Source of the DNA: an uncultured Chloroflexia bacterium
GTDB lineage: Bacteria; Chloroflexota; Anaerolineae; B4-G1; SLSP01
Direction: 5' to 3'
Assembly (NCBI GenBank): GCA_963751345.1
Contig: CAVVUS010000023.1
Location: 128,001 to 192,000, forward strand
DNA length: 64,000 nucleotides
Program-made: the position numbers and the translations under genes
Part shown: piece by piece, positions 21,472 through 31,080 of the stretch
How the letters are laid out: each line of letters opens with the position of its first letter
Numbering within the stretch: the first letter of the stretch is position 1
Notes under the pieces: model-generated
Database searches by the model: none
The model's input: the letters and a program-made list of their open reading frames with translations, nothing else
What the model was told of the DNA's origin: nothing

Positions 21472-21966
21472 CTACAGCCATGCCCAGGCTCCCCAGAGCA
21501 CCATGACCACGAGGCCGATGCCAAGCCGGGCCACGGTTGACCATCCCCATCCAACGAGCATCTGCTTGGTAGCGCGCCAGGCTTCCATTGCGTCTCGCTT
21601 GCGGTAGAGCTCCAGCAGGTAGACCGCCAGAAGTGTAAACAGGATGCCACCGATGGGCGTTGTGAAGAAGCTGGCGATCAGCCCGACCGCCCAGGCGATG
21701 GCGACGGTGGACCATGCTGCACCCCCCTGATGTGCTCCGCGGAGGCTGAAGTAGTTGTCCGTGAACCAGGAGACGACGGTTAGCAGGCTGATGACCCCAA
21801 AGAAGATCGCGCCACGCGTCCCGAAGCCCGCCACGAGTCCGTAGACCAGCACAAAGACCCACATTACGGTGGGGCCGGGAAAGATCGGGATGATGGTTCC
21901 GATCCAGGCCATGACCAGGCCAGCCAAGATGACAAGACGCAGGGCTGTGCTCAACCACGCGATCAT
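21472..21966 (-). CDS. DUF456 family membrane protein
   Basis: GTIIPIFPGP motif, about 5 TM segments. Confidence 0.75.
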   Translation of the reverse strand: MIAWLSTALRLVILAGLVMAWIGTIIPIFPGPTVMWVFVLVYGLVAGFGTRGAIFFGVISLLTVVSWFTDNYFSLRGAHQGGAAWSTVAIAWAVGLIASFFTTPIGGILFTLLAVYLLELYRKRDAMEAWRATKQMLVGWGWSTVARLGIGLVVMVLWGAWAWL

Positions 21967-21978
21967 CGTGACACCTTG

Positions 21979-22203
21979 CTAGCCGCCTGCCATCAGATGG
22001 ATGACGCGCACGTCGGCGCCCGCGGGAATGAGCGTATCGGCGTAGCTGTCGTGGGGCACGTTGTGCCCGTCGATGGTGACGATCACGCGGGGAAACGTGT
22101 AGCCCATGCGGGTCAGCAGATCGCTTACGGTCATTCCCGGATGCCATGTCACGGCGTCGCGCTGGTTCACCGTGACCGTGCCGGCTGCGAGTGGCTCACT
22201 CAT
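21979..22203 (-). CDS. ThiS/MoaD family sulfur carrier
   Basis: 74 aa ubiquitin-like protein ending in GG; overlaps the AOR stop. Confidence 0.85.
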   Translation of the reverse strand: MSEPLAAGTVTVNQRDAVTWHPGMTVSDLLTRMGYTFPRVIVTIDGHNVPHDSYADTLIPAGADVRVIHLMAGG

Positions 22204-24361
22204 AGGTGTGGCTCGACGACGGCGAGGACTTCGGGATAGTCGATGCCCAGCATCGTCAGCGTTTCGCGCGTGGGCACGCCGTTTGCCGTCCAGCCCCGGC
22301 GTGTGTAGACCGCATCAATAAGCTTCTCGTATTGGTCCTCGCGGTAACGGCGATGGGCAGCGAGCTTCTCCTCCGGGCGCATCGCCTCCGGATCGAGTCC
22401 GAGCCAATCCCGTAACTGGCGGTCATAGCGCTCACGACGTGACTCGTACTCGGCCGGCGTGACCGGGCCCATGGAGCGGTAGGGAATGGCGTCGTCCTGC
22501 GCGTAGGCCCTTGCCAAGGCGGATGTTGAAGACGCGCTGGAAGTTGTAGACGCGTTCGGACATCCGGATAAGATCCTCCGCGGTGACCTGCCTTCCGGTG
22601 ATCCCGCTGAAAACCTCAACGTAGTTGGCGACGTGGTGCGGGATCTTGGCGGGCTCGTCGGCGTCGGCATTCCTGGGGTCGACCACATCGTTCCAGGGCA
22701 GCTTGCAGAAGCCGCAGAGCCCAAACCAGGTTCGCCACATAGGGAAATAGTGGAGCGCTTCCGCCTTGGCCTCGAAGGTGGGCAGCTGGTTGTTGACCAG
22801 ATCCATGAAGATCAGCCAGGCTTCATCGTGCTGGGGGCCCTTGTTCGTCAGTCCATAGCCTCCCTGCTGGGCGAGTGATTCCTTTGTCACGTACTCGGAG
22901 TATTCCAGCCCCTTGGCCTCCATGCCGATGTCGTCAAGGAAGCCGCGGTCGCTGCCGAAGTGCTCGACGAAGTATTGCTTCATCTTGCGGATGCCCTGCC
23001 CGACGTTGCGTCCGAATCCCACGCCCTCGGCCATCTGGTGAAGGACTGCCAGCGCCGCGTCAGCGTTCCCGAAGGAAAGATCCAGGCCGCCGGTCCTGTC
23101 CCTATCGAGGACACCGGCTTCATAGCACTCCATAGCAAAGGCCATCGACGTGCCAAATGAGATCGTGTCGATCCCGTAGGTATCGCAGTAGAAGTTGATC
23201 TCGAGGATAGCGGCAGGGTCGAAGATCCCGCAGTTGCTTCCCACACCGGCGACCGTTTCGTATTCCGGCCCGTCGACGATCACGCAGTTGCCGGCGTAGG
23301 GGCCGGTGCGCACCTTATAGTTGTCGACGGCGTGGGCACACGCGAGCGTGCACCCGTACCAGCAGCCATCGGGCAGGTTCTGAGTGTAGCGCTGCTCCCA
23401 CACGTCCCCGTTGATCTTGTGCGTGTCGGGGTGAGAGCCCTGCCTGAAGTTCATCACCGGCAGCAGGTCGTAGTCATCCATGATCTGCACCAGGTAGGAG
23501 GTACCCCTGCTGCGCATGCGGTTCTGGGCCGGGTCCCACCGGGCGACCTCCTGATTCATCTCCTTGCCGACCCTAGCAATGCGCGCCGGGTCCGCAGGCT
23601 GGTTCGCTGCGGCGCTAACGGATGGAGCGCGCACGACGACGGCTTTCACGCGCTTGTGGCGGAGGACCGTACCGAGACCGCCGCGGCCTGCCTGTTTGTA
23701 GCGGAGGTCGCGTCGTCGTCGGTCGTAGAGGCTGAAGTTCAGGCAGCCCATCGCGGTGTGCTCGGAGCCCCTGCCGGTGGTCACGAATGCGGTGAGTTCG
23801 CGGTCGCGCTCTGTCTCGGCGAAGGTATCGTTGATCCAGTGTCCCAGCACGTGGGTGTCGGATGGACACGTGTCCGGGGCCGAAAGTAGCTGGACGTGGG
23901 CGTGGGAGCCGGCACCCTCGGGGGCGTCGATCAGGACGATTGTCTCCTGTTCGGCATTGCCCTGGATCTCAATGGCGTCCCAGCCAGCGAACTTCAGGTA
24001 TGGCCCGAAGTGCCCTCCCGCGTTGCTGTCGATGACCACGTCGGTGAGAGGCGAGATCGTGGCCGCAATGGACTTCCCCGATCCGGGATATTGTGTCGTC
24101 CCGCCGCACGGTCCTGAGGAGATGACGATTTCATTCTCCGGATCGAACCAGCGGGTGTCTGATTCGACTGCGTGCCACAGGAGCCACAGATCGAATCCCC
24201 TGCCACCTACAAACTGCTGCTTCATCTGCTCGGTGACCGGCTTCGCTGAGATCCGGCGGGCACCGACGTCCACGTGGAGCGTCTGTCCGGTATATCCCCG
24301 GTCGACAGCAGCGACATCGTAGTCGAAAGTCAGCCAGCACTTGCAGTGAATCCCGACACAT
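22200..24361 (-). CDS. Aldehyde:ferredoxin oxidoreductase family (frameshifts near 24325 and 22505)
   Basis: RGYTG..LHVD, FVGGRG, DSNAGG, QAGRGGLG, CWYGCTLAC, GPEYET, YGIDTIS; RBS GAGGAG before ATG 24361. Confidence 0.9.
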
Positions 24362-24431
24362 AGTGGTCTCCTCGTGGAAATGATTGCCTCAGGCATCAAC
24401 TGTATTATAGTTTGGCGCGGAGTCACGGGCA

Positions 24432-25952
24432 ATGCCAGAATTGGTACTCGAAGTGGGCAAGCCAGGGAGGCGCGCGGCAGCCGCATTTGGCCGCGCGCTC
24501 TTGCTGTGTCTGGCCTTCGCCATCCGGGCCGCGTCACTTGTGAGCCAGGGGTTGTGGCGTGACGAGGTGGATCAGTGGCGATTCGCGCTTCTACCTCTGC
24601 GGGAGATGATCGGCAATCTCACCCGGCCGGGCTGGAACGGCCCTCTCTATTCGTTCGTCTTGCGGGCGTGGATCAGGCTCACCGGTGAGACTGTCTACGC
24701 GATGCGACTGCTGTCGACGCTCTGGGCCGTGGTATGCGTGGCTCTTTTTTACGTGCTGGTTCGCAGGTTGGCCGGAAAACGCACAGCCGGGGTCGCCGCG
24801 TTGATCTTCGCGTGCTCCCCCTATATGGTCTGGTATGCCCAGGAAATCAAGATGTACACCTGGGTGCCCATGCTGATCCTGCTGGCGCTCTATGCGCTGG
24901 ATCGCGCATGCGAGCGACCGCGGGCGATCTGGTGGCTCATCGTGGCGGCGGCGACGACCCTGGCGGTCTACAGTCACATCCTGGCAGCCCTGTTCATCCC
25001 CGTGATGATCGCCTGGTTTTGGCTGCGCCCGGCGCGGGCGCCCAGGGCCTGGATCGGTGGTCTCGGCGTCATCGCGGCGCTGAGCTTGCCTTATCTTCCC
25101 CTGCTGAGCTGGCAAGCGGCGATGGCGCTGGTCCCCCGGGACACCGGCTTCCCTGCCCATACGCTGGGTCAGATGATCACTGCTCTGCTCAATGGCTGGA
25201 GCGCGGGTATCAGCCAGGGCATCTGGGGACGTTCGGACGCACTGATCGGTATGATGGCGCTCTGGGGCGTGGTCGGTGCTGTTGGGACATATGGCCTCCT
25301 GGCGTCGCCCCGACCGAGAGGCGTGCTCCGCCTGCTATCGTGGTTGGTTCTTCCGATCGTCGCTATCTGGCTCGTCTCGCTCCGCGGCCCGATCTTCACG
25401 GACCGGTATCTGGTCTGGGCGGCGCCGGCATTCTACGCGCTGGTTGCGGCCGGCCTCGTCTGGCTGGAGAGCCTAAGCCGGATCGTCGCCCGCGTCTCTA
25501 TAGCCGCGCTGCTCGTCGTGAGCGGGCACGGTCTGTACGTGCAGGCTTCGCAACCGATCAAGCCGCAGTTCGAGTTGGCCGCTACGTTCGTCGAGGCCAG
25601 AAAAGCCGAGGGCGATCTGCTGCTCTTTCAGATACCCTACAATCACTTCGTCTACGATGCGTACGTCGTCCCAGACGCGTCTGCCAGTTCCGCACAGACC
25701 ACGTGGGCGGAGGCGCCGTATACTAACTGGCAGGACGCCGCCGGCGGGTATCAGGTGGACGCTGCGGAGGTGGGACGAGAGATGCGTCGCATCGTTGCCG
25801 GCTACGATAGGGTATGGCTGATCTATTCGGAGGCATCGCTCTGGGATGAGCGCGAGCTTGTCCGGGGCTGGCTCGACGGCAACTACCGCCTCGGGGAGAC
25901 GGCGCACTTCACCGGCGTGTCGGTTTTTCTCTATACCCGGCCACCACACTAG
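24432..25952 (+). CDS. GT-C fold glycosyltransferase family 39/83 (PMT/ArnT-like)
   Basis: LWRDE, PLY, YAQEIKMY, many TM segments, C-terminal soluble domain. Confidence 0.85.
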   Translation: MPELVLEVGKPGRRAAAAFGRALLLCLAFAIRAASLVSQGLWRDEVDQWRFALLPLREMIGNLTRPGWNGPLYSFVLRAWIRLTGETVYAMRLLSTLWAVVCVALFYVLVRRLAGKRTAGVAALIFACSPYMVWYAQEIKMYTWVPMLILLALYALDRACERPRAIWWLIVAAATTLAVYSHILAALFIPVMIAWFWLRPARAPRAWIGGLGVIAALSLPYLPLLSWQAAMALVPRDTGFPAHTLGQMITALLNGWSAGISQGIWGRSDALIGMMALWGVVGAVGTYGLLASPRPRGVLRLLSWLVLPIVAIWLVSLRGPIFTDRYLVWAAPAFYALVAAGLVWLESLSRIVARVSIAALLVVSGHGLYVQASQPIKPQFELAATFVEARKAEGDLLLFQIPYNHFVYDAYVVPDASASSAQTTWAEAPYTNWQDAAGGYQVDAAEVGREMRRIVAGYDRVWLIYSEASLWDERELVRGWLDGNYRLGETAHFTGVSVFLYTRPPH

Positions 25953-25970
25953 CGTGACCTGAGAAACGAG

Positions 25971-26008
25971 ACAGCGCCGCTGCAGTAAGCCTGCAGCGGC
26001 GCTGTTTT
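25971..26008. terminator. Bidirectional terminator between convergent genes
   Basis: acagcgccgctgcag-taagc-ctgcagcggcgctgt-ttt. Confidence 0.8.
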
Positions 26009-26030
26009 CAGGTTCGCTCCGGTTGGACCC

Positions 26031-27030
26031 TTACGGAATGCAGAGGACCTGCCCGGGGTAGATGAGGTTGAGATTATAGATCGAGTTCGCCGTCCCAATG
26101 GCCCAGACACTAGCGCCGTAGCGGATGGCGATGGATGTCAGGGTGTCACCGTAGTGCACCGTATGGTAATACCGACAGCCAGTCGTGGGCGGCACGGGCG
26201 TCTGGAACCGTACCACCAGGTGTGAACTGCTGGACGGCGACCGGTCCGGCCGGAATTGGCGACCAGGGCGCGACCGGGATGGCCAGCTTGGTGCCCACGT
26301 AGAGGCAGCTCACGTTCACGATGCCGTTGCACGCCGCGATCTGGCTGGGGAGCGTCGCATATGCTCGCCCGATGGCGTAGAGCGTCTCACCCGCCCGCAC
26401 GACGTGATAGCCCTGGACCGTGCACGAGGAAGGCGGCGGCGTGGTCGCGGTTGTGGTGGCGGTAGTCGTCGCGGTGGTCGTCGGCGTTGTCGTGGTCGGT
26501 TCCGGCGTGGCGCCTCCGGAGACCGCTACCGATCCGTTCTGAGCCGTGGCCGTGATCTGGGTGCCGCTGGCGTCGGCGAGCAGCACACTTGCGAAGTTGA
26601 CTGCAGCGGCGCCAGAAGCCTTGCCCTTGAAGGTGATCGTAGCCAGGACGCCGGTCCCACTCACGGGCCCGTGGGGCGACATCTGCGAAACGCCGAAGTC
26701 AACCGTGCCCGTGGCGTTGTTGGCGACGTTCTGGGCGACGAAGTCCGGGCTGAGGAAGCTGCCCAGGCCGATCTGTAGCCCGTCGGTGCCGGCATCGGCA
26801 TCGACAACCTCCAGCCTGGAGGCATCGAACGTCAGGTGGAACTCCGCTCCAAACAGGTTGGTCACATCCGCGACGGTCACGTTGACCACAAGGGTCTCAC
26901 CGACCGCAACGGAGCCTGCCGCTGGACTGAGAGCCACGACTGTGGACGCCGCCATCACCGGAGCGATGGGCATACTCAGCAGAACCACGAGGGACAGAAT
27001 CTGCAGCGAGAGTCGAGCGATCTTGTTCAT
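26031..27030 (-). CDS. Secreted cohesin + Pro/Thr linker + 2x LysM protein (frameshift near 26200)
   Basis: Signal peptide; cohesin-like LFGAEFHLTFD...GTGVLATITFK; LysM repeats HVVRAGETLYAI...LAIP and HTVHYGDTLTSIA...IYPGQVLCIP. Confidence 0.82.
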
Positions 27031-27057
27031 ATCATATCTCCCTGTGTAAATCCTATG

Positions 27058-28071
27058 CTACCACGCTGTGGGGCCAATCTTGCCGAAGTTGCCGGCGGCG
27101 ATGGTAAGGTCGAAGATGTTGACAGTGCCATCGTGATTGATGTCCGTGGATATTGTACCCGCAGTCCCAAATACGCCAATCACGCCGACGATGTCAAGGA
27201 TGTTAACGTTGTTGTCACCGTTGACGTCACCACCGAGTAGTTTGGTGGTTCCAACGCTGACGGATGCACCGACGACATAGACGCTGCTCTTCTGGGCCTT
27301 GAGGTAGCCGTGATAGAAGGCCTGCACCAGGTAGATACCACCCTGAGGGACTGCCAACGAGAAGTCACCCGCTGCGTCCGTCACACCTGAGGCCACCACG
27401 CCGCCACCCGAGTTGTAGGCAATCACGTCGGTGCCGGCATATCCTGGCGGCACAGCCTGACCCTGCCGCTCAACTCGGCCCGTGATGGTGCCCGCCGGGA
27501 CGACGGAGATTGCAGGAACCGATGTGCTGTTGATCGGGACTGTGTTCCCATCGACATCAGCCAGGACTGTCTCGGTAAGGACCGTGAAGCCCGTAGCGCC
27601 GGCCGTGATTCCACCCCACGCGATTGTGGCGATCTTGCCCGTCCGGTTGGTGATCGGCGCCCCGGTGTGGCTCAGCGCAAGGTGCACGCATGCCGGCGCT
27701 GCGCCTGCGTTGGTGCACGGAACCTCGACCAGGTTCTTCGCGACCACGACGGAGCCGCCGAAAAAGCCGGTGGCGACGTTCACCTGGACACCGTTGGCCG
27801 GGTTGTCATCGGCATCATCCACGTTGACAACGGCGGGATCGAATCCCAGATAGAGATCAACCCCCATCACGCCGAGCATCGGTGTCGCATTGTTCACGAT
27901 CGACAGACTTACGTCTGTGGTGAAGGTCCCGCCCACCACGGCTGCGCCTGAGGTCACATCACTGACGATGACCGAGGTGTAGTAGTTGGGACTCTGCGCC
28001 AGGACAGCCTGTGGCAACAAGCTGACCAGCATCGCCAAGACCAAATATAACGACCAGCGTCTCCTCTGCAT
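27058..28071 (-). CDS. Secreted cohesin-like + carboxypeptidase-regulatory-like + dockerin protein
   Basis: Signal peptide; GVDLYLGFDPAVV cohesin-like domain; GTITGRV...TDAAGDF; duplicated Ca loops GDVNGDNNVNILD and DINHDGTVNIFD; RBS GAGGAGG. Confidence 0.8.
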   Translation of the reverse strand: MQRRRWSLYLVLAMLVSLLPQAVLAQSPNYYTSVIVSDVTSGAAVVGGTFTTDVSLSIVNNATPMLGVMGVDLYLGFDPAVVNVDDADDNPANGVQVNVATGFFGGSVVVAKNLVEVPCTNAGAAPACVHLALSHTGAPITNRTGKIATIAWGGITAGATGFTVLTETVLADVDGNTVPINSTSVPAISVVPAGTITGRVERQGQAVPPGYAGTDVIAYNSGGGVVASGVTDAAGDFSLAVPQGGIYLVQAFYHGYLKAQKSSVYVVGASVSVGTTKLLGGDVNGDNNVNILDIVGVIGVFGTAGTISTDINHDGTVNIFDLTIAAGNFGKIGPTAW

Positions 28072-28286
28072 TCCTGTCCTCCTCTGCATGTTATCCGAGA
28101 TGCGAACGGTTGTGTACATCGGTGCTTCCTGTGCTGATCCGCTAGACTACTTCTATGTTCATTGTATAGTGACATTGCATGACCGCAGTTACAAAGGGAT
28201 TACAGAACAGTAACGTCCCGAGCGTTTCTTGTCTTCTGGGTGATCTCAGGTAGAATCGATGCAGATTGGTGATGGGGAGACAAGGT

Positions 28287-28634
28287 ATGCCGGTTACCTA
28301 TGCTGAGCTTCGGCGTCGGCTGGAAGAGATGAAGCGCGAACTCCGTTCACAACTGGACGATGTCCAGCGTGAGGTGCGAGAAGACGGCGTCGGCTACAGT
28401 AACCATATGGCTGACGCAGGGACGGAGGTCTTCGAGCAGGAGCGAGATTTCAGCCTCGGCCAGCAGATGCTCCAATCCTACAAGAACGTCGAGTATGCAC
28501 TTGCGCGGTTCGAGGACGGCACCTACGGCATCTGTGAGTCGTGCGGTACGCGGATCGAACTCGCCCGACTCGAAGCGGTCCCCGAAGCCAGCTACTGCCT
28601 GGAGTGCCAATCGCGTCGCGAACGCAGGCGATAA
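28287..28634 (+). CDS. TraR/DksA C4-type zinc finger protein
   Basis: Coiled coil, NHMADAGT, GTYGICESC...RLEAVP..CLEC. Confidence 0.9.
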   Translation: MPVTYAELRRRLEEMKRELRSQLDDVQREVREDGVGYSNHMADAGTEVFEQERDFSLGQQMLQSYKNVEYALARFEDGTYGICESCGTRIELARLEAVPEASYCLECQSRRERRR

Positions 28635-28648
28635 GGTTGGGTGGCTCC

Positions 28649-29176
28649 GTGGGTGAACGAACCCGCCACCTCGTCGACTCCGGGCTGTTGAGCCATTTGT
28701 TGTTCTACGGCGCGATTGTTGTGTGTCTGATGGTTGACCAGGCTGTCAGCCTATGGGTGGTGACGAACCTCGCTCCCTACCATCCCACCGATGTCTTTCC
28801 GTTTCTTTCCCCGATCTTATCCTTTACCTTCGTCGAGAACACGGGGGTGGCCTTCGGCCTATTCCCTGCGCTTGGCACTCTCTTTATGTGGCTGTCGGTC
28901 GCCGTTGCGGTGGGGATCATCGTCTTCCGCCGCACGATTCCCGGCAGCGATCTCTGGGTGCACGTGTCCTTGGGATTGGTCGCGGGAGGCGCGTTCGGCA
29001 ACGTGATCGACCGCGTGCTGCGTGGTTACGTCGTGGATTTCATCGATGTCAATCTGCGGCCCCTCGCCACCTGGCCGGTTTTCAACCTTGCGGATTCGGC
29101 GATTGTCGTCGGTGTGGCGATCCTACTCGTGGATTCGCTGCTGGCCGAGCGCCGGGAAGTGTCAGTCCATGCCTGA
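28649..29176 (+). CDS. lspA: Lipoprotein signal peptidase II
   Basis: NTGVAFG, GNVIDR, VVDFI, FNLADSAI. Confidence 0.93.
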   Translation: MGERTRHLVDSGLLSHLLFYGAIVVCLMVDQAVSLWVVTNLAPYHPTDVFPFLSPILSFTFVENTGVAFGLFPALGTLFMWLSVAVAVGIIVFRRTIPGSDLWVHVSLGLVAGGAFGNVIDRVLRGYVVDFIDVNLRPLATWPVFNLADSAIVVGVAILLVDSLLAERREVSVHA

Positions 29177-30095
29177 ACTCCATACGCTGACCGTTGCATC
29201 AGAAATGCGTCTGGACCAACTTCTCGCGGACCATTGGGAGGAGCTGGACCGGAGGACTATTCGGGACCTGGTCACGGCCGGCGATATCTCTATCAATGGG
29301 CTGCCTGCCCGTACGGTCGGGCAGCGCCTCCGTCCAGATGATCAGGTGATCGTGCGTCTGCCTGAACTGGAGGAGAGCGCCGAAGTCTCGCTGCCGCTGG
29401 GATTGTCGTTGCCGGTGGTCTACGAAGATGACGAGCTGCTGGTGGTCGACAAACCGGCGGGTATCTCGGTACGGCGTCTGCGAAAGCCCGGGGCGGCCAC
29501 CGTGCCGGAGCTGCTCGCTGCAAGGTATCCTGACCTGGCGAACGTTGGCGGCGTGGATCGTGCCGGGGTCGTGACGACGCTGGGCGAAGATGCGTCCGGC
29601 CTGGTTCTGGCCGGCAAGGATGAGGCCACTTATCGCGAGCTTCGCAGGCTCGTAAAGCGGCAGTACGTCGGCGAGGTGTACACAGCCCTGGTCGAGGGCC
29701 ATCTACGGGGCGAGTTCACCATTGACCAGCCCATCGGCAATGTGAAGCGCGCGCGCCAACGACTGGTGGTCTCACGTGAAGGGCGGCCGGCCCGGACACT
29801 CGTCCGTGGTCAGCAGCACTTCGTCGAGAGCGGACAGCACTATACCCTCGTCTATGTCCGTCCCGAGACCTCGCGGATGCACCAGATACGCGTGCATCTG
29901 GCGTGGTATGGTTTCCCGATTGTGGGAGATCGCGCCTATGGCAGCACCCGACGGTCGATACTGCCCGGCCGGATCTTCCTGCATATGAGCGAGCTGTCTC
30001 TGCCACATCCCACAACGGGTGAGGAGGTCCGCGTCGCGTCGCCGCTGCCTCCCGAATTGTACTCAGTGCTGACTTATATGCGGCGCCCCAAGTAG
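29169..30095 (+). CDS. RluA/RluD family pseudouridine synthase homolog with degenerate catalytic motif
   Basis: S4 domain (RLDQLL), VYEDDELLVVDKPAG, HQIRVHL, PIVGD..YG; HRLD is replaced by TTLG. Confidence 0.88.
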   Translation: MPELHTLTVASEMRLDQLLADHWEELDRRTIRDLVTAGDISINGLPARTVGQRLRPDDQVIVRLPELEESAEVSLPLGLSLPVVYEDDELLVVDKPAGISVRRLRKPGAATVPELLAARYPDLANVGGVDRAGVVTTLGEDASGLVLAGKDEATYRELRRLVKRQYVGEVYTALVEGHLRGEFTIDQPIGNVKRARQRLVVSREGRPARTLVRGQQHFVESGQHYTLVYVRPETSRMHQIRVHLAWYGFPIVGDRAYGSTRRSILPGRIFLHMSELSLPHPTTGEEVRVASPLPPELYSVLTYMRRPK

Positions 30096-30144
30096 ATCGC
30101 ACTCATCGTCGGGCTCCCCGTACACGAACTCAGAAGGAGTTACC

Positions 30145-30957
30145 ATGCGTGAACTGAACGTTGCTGTTGTGCAGATGGCACCGGAACTGACCAAGATGGA
30201 GGACAACGTCGGCAAGATGGCCGAGACGGTGGCTCGCATTGCCACCGCGCAGCCCGTCGACATCATCGTGTTCCCCGAACTCTCTGTGACCGGCTATGAG
30301 GGCGGCGCGCGATTTGCCCAGATGGCCCAGCGCGTCCCCGGTGCCGTCACCAACATCTTGGGCCAGCACGCGACCGATTTCGGCGTCTACGTCCTGATTG
30401 GCATGGCGGTCAAGGAGGATGTCGAGACGGTACTTTACAACGGTGCGGTTCTCATCGCGCCGGACGGTGAGGTCGCCGGGACGTACCGCAAGATTCACCT
30501 TCCTGCGGAAGAGCGATTGGTCTTCCGTCCCGGGTTTCAGATCAAGCCCATTGAGACGGAAGTGGGTGTCCTTGGTGTGATGACGGGATGGGATCTGGCA
30601 TTCCCAGAGATGGCGCGCAGCTTGATGCTGAGCGGCGCGGAGATCATCCTGCTTCCAGCGGCCTGGCAGACCAAGGACGCCGATATGTGGCGCACCCTAC
30701 TGGTAGCGCGGGCGTACGAGAACGACATCTTCATCGCCGCGGCAAACCGCATCGGCGAGGAGCCGTCCTATACCTTTGCCGGGCAGAGCGCGATTCTTTC
30801 GCCATCCGGCGAGGTGCTGGCGGCGCTGGAGGAGCCCGAAGAGGGGTACGTGGTTGTGCGGCTGGATCTGGACGAGGTGCGACACCGGCGCGAGGAATCC
30901 CAGGTTATGCTGGCACGCCAGCCTGGCTCGTACCGCCCGATCGTCAAGAAGTACTAG
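30145..30957 (+). CDS. Carbon-nitrogen hydrolase (nitrilase) family protein lacking the catalytic Cys
   Basis: VFPEL, YRKIHL, TGWDLAFPE, ARAYEN, ANRIG. Confidence 0.88.
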   Translation: MRELNVAVVQMAPELTKMEDNVGKMAETVARIATAQPVDIIVFPELSVTGYEGGARFAQMAQRVPGAVTNILGQHATDFGVYVLIGMAVKEDVETVLYNGAVLIAPDGEVAGTYRKIHLPAEERLVFRPGFQIKPIETEVGVLGVMTGWDLAFPEMARSLMLSGAEIILLPAAWQTKDADMWRTLLVARAYENDIFIAAANRIGEEPSYTFAGQSAILSPSGEVLAALEEPEEGYVVVRLDLDEVRHRREESQVMLARQPGSYRPIVKKY

Positions 30958-30973
30958 ACTCGAATCCTGCATA

Positions 30974-31011
30974 GCGCGAGCCCCGGCGATTTCGCCGGGG
31001 CTCGCGTTTTT
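30974..31011 (+). terminator. Intrinsic terminator
   Basis: cgcgagccccggcga-tt-tcgccggggctcgcg-TTTTT. Confidence 0.8.
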
Positions 31012-31080
31012 CGTCGCTGGACCTTGCGAAGGCAGCCCGGTCAGACTCGGGCTCGAGCCCTGGCAAGTCGCCTGCGCTCG

